Below are positions 28,601-39,257 of a stretch of 64,000 bases of DNA, in pieces. A program made the translations under genes and the position numbers. How positions within the stretch are numbered: position 1 is the first letter of the stretch; each line of letters starts with the position of its first letter. The stretch lies in NCBI GenBank assembly GCA_009103225.1, contig RHPI01003116.1, forward strand, positions 124,001-188,000. The letters run 5' to 3'. This DNA comes from Chlorokybus atmophyticus (lineage: Eukaryota > Plantae > Mesostigma and Chlorokybus algae). The notes beneath the pieces were generated by a model. The model was not told the DNA's origin. It made no database searches and worked only from the letters and a program-made list of their open reading frames with translations.

Positions 28601-31488
28601 GGACTGCGGGATGGCTGTGGAAGACCAGTGCATAGTTAGTCTCGACATAGGGCTTGCTATGGTCCAACAGAGCTGTTTGCCATCATGCACAACAAGTAGA
28701 GGCTGTGTCCGAGCGTGTGCACAATTGCGCTGGCACAAGACAAAATTCCGCTTACATTCATCATCAATCGCAGTGTCGGCAGCAGCCACACTGTCCAAAT
28801 CCTCCTCTTCAAAACCCCATTCCACCTGTGGTGGTGGTTGGCAGAGTTAATAATGGTAATAGTCATGATGATTTCGATGACGGTGATGTTGCTATTGCAC
28901 AGGCCAGGATAGATCAATGTTGCCACATGTCCAACCCACCCACCTCTGCCTCGTAGAAGCGAGGCGACTCGTCTTCCTCGTCCGAGTCAATACTGGTCTC
29001 TGAGCCCGCCATCTGTAAGCTCTGATCGTCGTCGACTCCAGTTACACAAGCATCCAAACCAGCAATCTGCCAGGTACAATCAGCTTCAAGAAAGGGTGCA
29101 AGCGAAGGAACACATGGCGATGGCGATGGCAATGGTGATGATGGTGATGATGCGCTGACCTGCTCGGGTGAAAGGTCAATCCATTCATCAAGGAGGCAGA
29201 CGCAGTTGCGGTGTGTCAAGAGGAACAGCTGTCAACAACATTGCATGCGTGATGTATTGCTACTGTCCACACCTATGCCTGCAGAGGTGACATGCATTTC
29301 AGCACAGGCATACCTCAGCCATGCTTGCAGCTACAAGCTTCTCAACCTTCGAGCTCACACCCCAATAACTGCACAAAGTGGCAATGAGGGCAGCCTCGGA
29401 GCGCGTCTGACGAAGCACAAACACAACAACCGCATCTACAACAGCAGCAACAACGACATACTTGCAGCTGGCATTGACTAGCTTGTATGTGGTCATGATC
29501 GGGTTAACGTGTTCCTGCCAGCCAGGTCGAAAGGGTCCGCGCCTACATTGCAAAGCTGCGTTAGAGCATGCTGCGCAAAGCAAGCCTCGCTGCACAACAC
29601 AATGATATGAACACCCAGCCAACATACCCCGTTTTCACACTCTTCACCAGTGTAGGATCAAGGTCCGGCGAGTAATCCTCTTTGGCAACCTGAAGCACAA
29701 AGCAGCTGAGCAGGTGTTCACATGCATGCGATGTACAACCATTGTTTGTCAACTGTAAGCAACCACCATGGCAACAACAATGGCGGTGTACTCTGCCTAC
29801 TTGCTAACCAGGTGCTCACAGATGCGGTCAAACAGCGCATGCTTGATAGCAAGGTGACTTGCACATCTATCCATTGATGGGTGAATTACAACATGCAAAA
29901 GCATGCTTCTGTTTACCTTTCCACAAACAATGTCAAGCACTCTCACTGTGCGTCGGAGCTGGTCTTCCTCAGTCAAACCCAATGCATTGGTCTCGGTCAC
30001 ATTGCCGTTCACGCTGATGGTGTGCACATCTATCCTCAACTGCCACAAACACCAAAGCATCAACCGGACTGAAAGACGCTGAAAGGCAGGACTGTTTACA
30101 AATGGTTCATGACATGATTCTACAACGCACAGCGTGCCTGTTTGAAGAAAGGGCACGTGATTGTTGTTCTTAAGTACGGGTATGTTGCCCAAGTCTTCTC
30201 ATCCAACACCAGCGCTGATGCAGGCGCCATCTTGGCAACCTGAAGCACTGAGCTTGTTGACAAAAACATCTGTGCAAAGGTTGCTGCAAGATACTGAACA
30301 CCTTACACAGTACTGTATTGCAGTTCACAACACAGACGTGTACGCACATGTGATGGTGCATTACCCATGCAGGAAGCCTTGAGCCGAGGCGGTAGAGTGT
30401 GTGCGTGAAGGTGCCAGCGCCATACGTTTCATGGTAGTATGGAGTGACAGACAGCACCTGTTGAGTGAAACCGCCACAACAAGATGTCACTGCTATAACT
30501 ATGTGGTTCTGCAGCGTATCTGGTTAAGTGCTGGCTAGCAGTCAATCACAAGATCAGTGGCATGTGCATGGCAAGCAACTGTCATGCTGGATGTTACATA
30601 ACCATATGAGACAAGGTGAGTGCAAAACAGTCCTCACATGTTGACACAGATAAACAACGTGAACAGAGCTGAAGTATTTGACTTTGGGTAAACAGCCTGC
30701 TTGGGATGAACATGCAGTACGATGTATGTCACGAGATAGTGCGCGTGTCCACAACGCAGGAACACGCATGCTGACCTCCCCGCCGCGGTTAAGCCGAAGG
30801 TTTTGCTCATTCGTCTTCCAGTTGGCATAGCGGTAGCCCCGCCGGAACTCCTCAACTGCATGCACACGCAGTTATTGCAACAGACATGCCGCTTTGCATG
30901 GAAGGCATGGTGTATGCCTAAGCTGTGGTGTGCTGTAAGCGCCCGCATTGTGTCAGTGGCAAAGCAACACGCACATGCATGGATGTCTTCAAGCAGCACA
31001 CACAGTTTCCTGTTACTTAGCTGAGCCAATGGCTTACACAGTGTTCAGGAACTGTTACGGCTTGACTCAGCTCAGGCTTCAGCTGCTGTCATGCTAAGTT
31101 CCAGCACAGCTTGACAAGCAAACCGTGCACAGCTAGTAAGTCTAGCATAGTAGGACTGCTTTATTGCTTAACAGCTAACAGTTGAGCCCCCTGAGCTTAA
31201 GCCAAGCACTAGCAGTGGTAGCGGATACTCTCCCTTATGAACAGGCCAACCACATTACTGTTGACTGACGCTGTCATCGCCACCCAAAAATTAAACAAGT
31301 GACAGGGCATATCAATGGTTCACAAAGCTCTACTTTGCCTACACACATCTCAACTTCGTACACACATAGCTAAGCCTGGAACCAATGCACTCATTCACAG
31401 ACCCACTATGTCCAGCTTGCAGCTACCCACCTGACAAAGGCAGGGGTATCCGGTACTCCTGCAGAAGGCCCCCTAAGGTCGCCACCAT
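25648..31488 (-). CDS. Multidomain protein: PITP (IP_trans/START-like) domain + B-box zinc finger + DUF547
   Basis: ATG 31488 MVATLGGLLQEYRIPLPLS|VEEFRRGYRYA..GGE|VLSVTPY..GTFTHTLYRLGSRLPAW|VAKMAPASALVLDEKTWATYPYLRTTITCPFFKQ|LRIDVHT..RTVRVLDI|..DPTLVKSVKTG|RGPFRPGW..MTTYKLV|YWGVSSKVEK|LFLLTHRNCVCLLDEWIDL (PITP). CGICQ..VFCVTCGEAFCDSCNQQ|WHNTPRLRSHK (B-box, 28169-27950). KLCFWLNVYNALLMHA, ALDIEHAVLR, EPLVSFALATAAVSGPL, LPK|VLGWYARDF..YDWNFRY (DUF547). Stop at 25648. Confidence 0.88.
28275..28504. other. Assembly gap (Ns); others at 10192, 15666, 38298-38480, 47747-47975 and 48837-48853
   Basis: N runs in the sequence. Confidence 0.99.
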
Positions 31489-31766
31489 GCTGAGCACGAC
31501 CACGTCGCCGCCGCCGAGGACGACGACGACGACGAAGGCATCAACGCTCCAAATGGTTTGAGAATAACTTAGAGGAATCCTTTGTTACGGAATAATAATT
31601 GCATTATACACGTATAAAAACAATCATGTTCTGTGTTTAACATGCCGGTTAAGTAACGTAGCACATCCTGCACGCTAGTTGCAATACTGACTGGGGCTGT
31701 AAGCAGTTAACAGGTTTTGTACAAAGCTCTAACTGCTACGTTGAACGCCCTGTTAACCAAGTTCGC

Positions 31767-31782
31767 AAAACCCTAACCCTAA
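31767..31782 (+). promoter_or_regulatory. Telo-box-like AAAACCCTAACCCTAA in the PITP/QCR8 bidirectional promoter
   Basis: Lies 100 bp upstream of the QCR8 ATG and matches the plant telo-box AAACCCTA. Confidence 0.55.
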
Positions 31783-31881
31783 TGCCGCTGAGGTGGTGAG
31801 GGAGAAGAACAAGGAGGCGGCGGCAACGGAGGACGAGGAGGAGGGGGAAGGAGGAGGAGTTGTCGCTGAGGGTTTGCCGCA

Positions 31882-32817
31882 ATGGGCAAGTACCCTGTCC
31901 GCTTGAAGGAGGCGAGTATGCTCGCTGTTTGGGGCATGGATTGACTGGTTGCAAGTACCCTGGCCTCGCTTGAGTGATTATGTTTGGTGTTGACGATGAC
32001 AATTCCTTGCAGGTGATCTATGCGCTGTCGCCCAATGAGTTGAATGTCATGTCTGGTCTGTGGAAGGACCTGGACAAGAAGCTGGCGAAGAAGATCAAGG
32101 AAAACTGGGTGGACAATCTTTTCCTCGTCGTTCCTATTGTTGGCACAGTCTGGTGAGCATAACATAGTGCACTATTGCAACACAAGTGTATTCTGTTTTT
32201 GAGTGGTCATGCTGTGCTTTGGAACACGCTGCATTGCATTGCCAAATCAAGTACATGGGCCTTGCAAGTGATGTCCACATCTCTTACAGATTGCATCATA
32301 GTGGCATTGCGCATCAAAGTGTCATCGTCTTTTTGTGGTCACGGTTATATCGCTTGCCGCAGCCGTCGTGGATTTCATGTGCATCATCTGTGGATGGCCA
32401 CTTAGCTGCAAGCAGCAGTCAGTGCACTGCTTGACACAATGGTTGTTGCTAAGGTGGAAGATACAGAATACTTTCATCAATACCACACTGCTGAGTATGC
32501 AGAATGCAGTAACCATTCACTCATCCTGCGTACATTGGGTTCTTTGGAGTGTATGCGGGAATATCTAAGTGCGCTCCTTGCCTTGTATGTAAACATGTCA
32601 AGGGTTCCAAGCTCAGGTGGAGAGTTGTATTATGCACATTGTACATAATCGCACGTTGGTGTCGCACACAAAGCAGCTTTGCCATCATTAAATTGAAACA
32701 AGGGAAGCACTTGCACTGGAACGATATCTGCATTGTTGTGTTCACCGACAGTTTGACTGTCTGATCAGGTACGCCAATGATTTCAAGGAGAAGGAGAAGA
32801 TGCATCACAGATACTGA
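31882..32817 (+). CDS. QCR8: Cytochrome bc1 complex subunit 8 (QCR8/UQCRQ)
   Basis: Exons 31882-31911 (GC donor GCGAGT), 32013-32152 and 32769-32817 give MGKYPVRLKEVIYALSPNELNVMSGLWKDLDKKLAKKIKENWVDNLFLVVPIVGTVWYANDFKEKEKMHHRY*, collinear with plant QCR8 (MGKQPVKLKAVVYALSPF..GLWKDL..ENW). Confidence 0.95.
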
Positions 32818-32850
32818 ACTCACGCAAGCTTGTTTGTATTTTTCGCATGA

Positions 32851-33170
32851 TGCCCTGTGCTTAGCATTGCCCTATTGTAGCTAATCTCTACACTAGCGTT
32901 TTACTGTTGGGCCTCGCATTGTATTGCCGGAAGCATGTAAGGTGGTGGTTGTTCTGTTTATAGCAATGTGCGCCACCACCCAGGCAATGGCAGTTGCGTA
33001 CTTTACATGGTGCCCCGTGCTTAGCATTGCCCTGTTGTAGCTTATCCTCTACACTAGCCATTACCTGCTGGGCCTCGCAATGTATTGCCTGTTGAAGCAT
33101 GTAAGGCGGTGGCTGTGCTGTTTATAGACATGTGCGCAACCGCCCAGGCAATGGCAGTTGCGCACTTCAC
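32851..33170 (+). repeat. Two diverged ~160 bp tandem copies in the QCR8 3' region, each with a TGTAA signal and a stem-loop
   Basis: TGCCCTGTGCTTAGCATTGCCC.. at 32851 and TGCCCCGTGCTTAGCATTGCCC.. at 33011; TGTAA at 32936 and 33100. Confidence 0.9.
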
Positions 33171-34126
33171 ACTCAACAAGAGCATCATTGACAGGAATTG
33201 GTAGCTCCAATGCCATTTATTCTTGGCAGCCAACTCTTCTTCTACCAAAAGAATTAGTGTAAGTACAATAGCTCTACTGAGCACTCTCACTCATCACCAA
33301 GATAACAGCAGTCGCAATCGCATCATCATAATGATAGCAGCTCGAAGATGAAGAAGGGCAGCAGGTGACAAGCGGCCAGTGATGCATACAAGCTGTTGAT
33401 GCCGAAGCTGCGCTATGACCAATGCATATCTATGACATCATCAGCATCCCCAAACAGATGACACTCGTTGTGCAAATGCTTCAACACCACAAACAAGCAC
33501 AATTGTATAGAAAGTACTGTACAAGTTTCATATTATACAGCGACATGCCTATCCGTGCCACAGTGTTTCCAAACAAGACCACTACCAACTCCATCGCCGA
33601 GGACGAACGCTAAATGAACCGTATGATACACAACTGCTGCATCATTCACAGGCGACATCATGTCTTGCTGACGTCACACTTGCATGCTGCAAGTGCGTTA
33701 TCCCTAATTGGCCTAGCGGCAGCATCAATACCGAGCGAGCGGGGAGTGGGCGGCAGTAGAGTGGTGGAGGAGGGCGGGGGAGTCCTGGGAGTCTGCTCCT
33801 GCTGTCATGGCAATGAAGGAGGCTGGTCGCTAACCACAGCCGCTGTGCAGGTGATTGCTGGACACCAGGCATGCTGGTCTGACTAATGGGCAGGGGCTTA
33901 GCGTGCTAGGCAGAGTAGGTAGCACGGTGGTGAACTGCTGATGTAGAGTGTAAGCATGAATTGTGCTCACTGCTGCATGTTGTGTTGCTATTGTGTTTGA
34001 CACCTTGCATGCGGCTAATCTAGCCTACCATCTATTGTACACTTATCATACTAAACAAAGCCAACTTGACAGACATACCCTCTCCTACACAACACATACA
34101 GTACACGTACAAATCGCCAATTTTCA

Positions 34127-37100
34127 CTAGTTCTCACTCAGTATGCCCAATGAAGCCTCCAGCTCGGCGACCGTGCGAACATAACAGGGTAAAAAGTGGT
34201 CGGAAACCATAGTGGGGGCGAGACGGATCTTCCCGTACAGATGCCGGCTGGTCTCATACAAGCCGATGGAGGGTTGCGCAATGTCTTCAACGGGGATGTT
34301 GTCCAAGTCTTCAATTGATGCAGAGGGTCTCTGCACTGTGGACCTAATCAAGTGGAGTGGACGCCCGGGTGGATAGAACCTGCGCTTGTGCACTTCTGCG
34401 TCCAGCTTGCTGCCTTCCGCTGAACACAAAGATGGAGTCAACACACCATAAGCAGCAACAGAGCACTCAAGGTCATCATCACAGACACACGTGTGCACGC
34501 ATGTGCTGGTGTTTCCACACACATGCACACGCATGTATATGCAATACTGTCACTCTTGTAGAATATCATACACTAGCGTCTACTTATGTGTACCTGCAGG
34601 GGATGTCTCCGCAGAATACTCTGTCGCGCCTTCGGGAATTTGTACATCTGGCCGAGCAGGATCGGTGATCTCATCAATGGTATGGTTCGTGGCCTCCTCT
34701 ATGGACACATCGGGTTTGCGCAAGCGCGCCATGTGGGCTTCATTCTGCGTCTGGCAGTAAGCTTCCAGCGATTCATCAAACTCTTCGCTTCCAACAGATA
34801 CCTCACTGCAAACATCGATTACTTGAGAGAGGGTGTATGCGTGCGCGTGTATGCACATGCATGTGCACACACACGCACACACACACAGACACACACACTC
34901 GCACGCATGCATGCGCGCGTGCACATGCATGCGCACATATACAGACAGAAGAGTGATCTTGACTTACGTGCTCTCCTGGACAACCATGGCTTCCACGCTC
35001 TCGAGCGCCGGCTGGCGCCAGCTACGTGGGCCAATGCAAGCCCAGCGGGAGAACCGCCGCTGCATGAGCCGCACCGGCGCCGATTGGCTCACTGCTGAGG
35101 AAAACCGCAACTGCCATTGACAGGTAACTCATCAGGCTGACATATACGGGCCGCTACAGCTAAAGCATAACCACTGCAGCAGCCAGCATTTTTGCAACAA
35201 CTACAGGCCAATGCAACTGCTTACTATCTCGACTCAAGCACTAAGCAACACCCATGCTTGTTGCTCTGCAGGAATGCAGGACTTGTTGAACCAAACGCAT
35301 TGCAATGAGTAAACAAGCGAGGCTCGAGCATGTATCAACCCAATGTATATCAGAAGCAACACAACAAGTTAGCCTTGTGGGACACACCTTGTCTATCTCT
35401 GAGGAGGGCGATGAAGTTCGAGTGACGTGGCTGCTGAGCTGCCATGTGAGCGAGGACAGGCGCGAGCCCAGCATCATTGCGGCCCCGCCAACGGCCTCCA
35501 GACTGCCGCGCACCACACTCGTGCTGCCGCGAAGCCACTGCGGTAGATGAAAACTGCTTGCGATGCAAGTTGAAACTGCTTGGCAACATACTACCTTGAT
35601 GCCACAAAACCCTCAACGACTATTGCAAGTTCCTTGCTTGCTTACAATCCGCAAATGTCCAGCTTTGCAACAGCTAAGGCTTGTGTGCTTATCCTCGATT
35701 TGCACAACTGAAAAGGATTATGATGGGTTGTTCCACAGTCTAACATGCTTATAAAACTATCATCACTGCTGTACAGACACTTTAGAGCACAACATTACAA
35801 GTGTGGCATGCAAGCAGCTGTACCTGCATCAACCGCATGCGATCCATCTCCTCTCGCCAGGTGACATACCACGCAGAGTTGACAACCTGCGGTAATGAAT
35901 GCGTCACATACATGCAACACAAGGCCACATAACCAATCTGGTCATGACAATACACAGCAATACCTCCTGGCGCAAGTCATCTGCCGCCGCCGCCGAGAAG
36001 GTCGGGACAATGTCTGCGTGGTTGATGACAGAGGTCACAAAGTGTTCGCAAGACTGGGCGAGCTCAAGCGTCATGCACGCGGCTGCATAGAAACGAGCTT
36101 GTCAATGATGCAATGCACTCATCATGGTTCCATACACACAAGAACACTCACCGGCAGCAAATGTGAGGCACGTGGCTTGCGCGAGTTCAGTCCTCTCACG
36201 CAGCATGCATGTGAGCAGCGCTGCTGTTCCGCCACCAAGAGAGTGCCCAGCAACCCGCACTTGGTAATCGGGCCTTGATTGCAATGCGGTCAGAAGCGGT
36301 TCCACCACCTAGCAAAAAGACAGGTCAGGAATATGCGCACAAGCACAAACACATGCGCGTACGCATGCATGCACATGCACATGCGTACACACGCGGTCAC
36401 GTACACACACGTGCGCGCATGTACGCATGCACATTAGCAGCAGCAAACAGGTCAACCTGGTCTCTGATGAACCTTGCTGCTGCAACCATGCCACAATGCG
36501 CATAACCGAGGAACACTTCTTTAACATTCCCGTCCTGTCACAAGGCACTCATCACTTTACAGTCCATGTTGAGAACACATACACATCATTACGCTTGCGA
36601 GTTGGTACTACCTGTGTGACAGCATAATGGAATGGCACAATGCGACCTGCAACCAAAAATATGTCGACTACATAAAAGCGAAGGAAAAACGTGTACAAAT
36701 TGTATAAGAGAAAGACTGTTCGTGTAACATGTAAGCTTACCGGTGACGGACGTCAACGTGTCCTTTACTGAGCGTGTCCCACGCACAATCAGGATGACTT
36801 CCCGGTGATTGTCATCAACAAACAGCACAAATGCAGGCCGCAGTAAAGCTGCGTGAAAGTGGCAAAGAAGAACATCTTCGTGTCGCAAGCCGACATTCTC
36901 TATGAACAAGTCCAACGATGCAAGCTGCCTTCGCGAGAACTCCCTGAGGTAAAAAGAGGCACTTATTTAGATGAACTGTTTCTGCATACAGTCTAGAACT
37001 GAACCAAAAAAACAACAACAAATTAGACTACTAATGCAACAGCAACAACCACACGACCAGGACAACCAGCATCCAGAAACCAGTAATGATGCCGACAATA

Positions 37101-38787
37101 ACAAACACAACAACAAACTGCATGTGCGCTTGCCATTGACCTGGCATCCAAAATAAACAACACACACAACAGGGAACACGAGCACTTATGCTGCATACTT
37201 CATGTCACAAGTAACATCGACATAACGTTTTGGTGTTGATCTGGCCTTGCCTGCAAAGTGGCAGCAAGCGACGGATCAGCTTCAACTCAACAGCCGCTCT
37301 CTGCCCGGTAAGCTTTTGCATGGGATCAACAAACTCGGACGTCTTGTCTTCCGCGCGCAAGGCAAGGTACTTGATGCCTATGGCCAAATCCACCATGGAC
37401 CTGAACAGAATGCGACAAAAGTTTCAATACATAACCAGGACGCCCTCGACAGGCCAAGTACAAATAACAAAAGACGCACACACGCACGAATGCGCACACG
37501 TGCTCGTAAGCATGCATGCGAGCATGTACGCTGTGACAGCAGCGTTCACTACGTACATCATGAATGCAAAACGCAAGGGCAGGATTGCTGGCTGGCACCC
37601 CTTGTTGCTTGCATGCAGGTGCATTGAACCAATCCACATGACTCATGCAGATGCAGCACACACTCATGGCCGACATCATCACCACCAGCAAGCTTCAAGG
37701 ATAAGATCCCATACCATTTTTGCAGAGTTTCCGAGTATGCAAACTGAAGAGCCTCTGCAATGGTTGTGAGCGTTTCAAAGAATGAGATGGGCGGGCGAAG
37801 GGGAGCGTCTCTGTCTCTCGAGCGCGGGGTTCTGCTGTTGTTGCTGCTTGTGCTAGCTTCAGCATCATCATCAATGCCATCCTCCAGTGTGCGAAGCAGA
37901 GACAACTGGGTAAAAGTCAGAACACAACACAGGTTTGTCACTCTGAGCTGCTTGCGTTGAGACAAGACCAATTGCCAGTGCATGGAACTGCACGTCAGGC
38001 AGAACCATGCATTGTCAATTGGTCTTGTCTCAACAAAAATCAGACAGAACACAGGTTTGTCACTCTGAGCTGCTTGCGTTGAGACAAGAATAATTGACAA
38101 TGCATGGAACTGCACGTAAGGCAGAACGATGCATTACCAAAGTGCGACGGTTTACAAGAACACAGCATGGACGAGAGCTTGGGGGCCATGCATGGTAAAT
38201 AGCTGCAGCTTGGCAAGAACGGACGCTCTTTGCACACCTAAACAGTATGTCTGCTGTCTAGAAAGAAGATCAAGCTAGCAATTCCTTGCTGATGGTTNNN
38301 NNNNNNNNNNNNNNNNNNNNNNNNNNNNNNNNNNNNNNNNNNNNNNNNNNNNNNNNNNNNNNNNNNNNNNNNNNNNNNNNNNNNNNNNNNNNNNNNNNNN
38401 NNNNNNNNNNNNNNNNNNNNNNNNNNNNNNNNNNNNNNNNNNNNNNNNNNNNNNNNNNNNNNNNNNNNNNNNNNNNNNNNGGGGGGGTCCTGAAAGACAA
38501 AGGGGTGGGCAGCCGTTACATGCAGTGGCATGTTACGACACAGCTACAACTGCTGAGAGCCATCGCCCTGCATACATGCAACACACATACCAACCAGCTG
38601 TTCTGTCTCGGGATCCTTCTTGATTGCCAATTCCTTGGTTCAGTGACGCGATTGCCGCTTGCAAACGTGCATGGCATTAAGCAAGTAAGCAAGGAGTGAA
38701 CTTAGCCTATCGCACCTGGGGAGCCCAACCGGAGTAGTACAGCAAAGCGGCCGCGCCTGCGGTGGCAGCCAAGCCCGCAGCTGCCAT
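34127..38787 (-). CDS. Lipase class 3 family protein (DAG-lipase-like, plant At3g49050 type)
   Basis: Start MAAAGLAATAGAAALLYYS; ETLTTIAEALQFAYSETLQKW|SMVDLAIGIKYL; ILIVRGTRSVKDTLT; GYAHCGMVAAARFI; catalytic VAGHSLGGGTAALL (~36240); VINHADIVPTFS; C-terminal FYPPGR..LYGKIRLAPTMVSDHFLPCY; stop at 34127. Confidence 0.92.
37926..38140. repeat. Intronic tandem duplication (period ~122 bp); copy 1 contains a 79-nt foldback hairpin
   Basis: AACACAGGTTTGTCACTCTGAGCTGCTTGCGTTGAGACAAGA at 37926 and 38048. Hairpin arms 37956-37985 and 38005-38034. Confidence 0.9.
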
Positions 38788-39143
38788 CCCAAAAGTCCTC
38801 CGTCTGATCCCCGCAATCACACCCACAGCGACACCCACGCCTACACTTACGCCAACAGGCACACCCACAGCCACAATTAGGCCGGCACCACCGCCCAACC
38901 CAACAAGAAGCTGCAAGCTTTCCTCTATTAGATTGCACAAACTAGGCAGAGAACAAGCGTGAATAGCAGCAAAACTGTCCCCGCCTCGGCCGACAACACC
39001 GCTGACGACACTGCCGCCGCCGTTGCCACGTGGCACTATTCTAGGCAGCTTCTGATGAATGCTGACACTAAATGAGCCTTGCCTGTTGTCCTGGTTAAGA
39101 CGCGCTCACCGAACCGGAAAGGTTCAACCAAGAAAAAGCAAAA

Positions 39144-39152
39144 TTAGGGTTT
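39144..39152 (-). promoter_or_regulatory. Telo-box AAACCCTAA between the lipase and ABCF3 genes
   Basis: TTAGGGTTT on the + strand, ~115 bp upstream of the start of ABCF3, a translation-associated gene. Confidence 0.45.
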
Positions 39153-39257
39153 GTTTAGCTCAAGCGGCAAGCAGCGGCGGCAGCGGTGGCGGTGGTGTGG
39201 TTGTGGGTGTCAGCCGGGTTGACGGTGTCGTCTGTGGACATGAGGTATCTGTAGAGG

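Noticed and set aside
32851-33170. SECIS or iron-responsive element in the QCR8 3' UTR
   Set aside because: No AUGA/GA quartet with an AAR loop, no CAGUGH loop, and QCR8 has no in-frame UGA.
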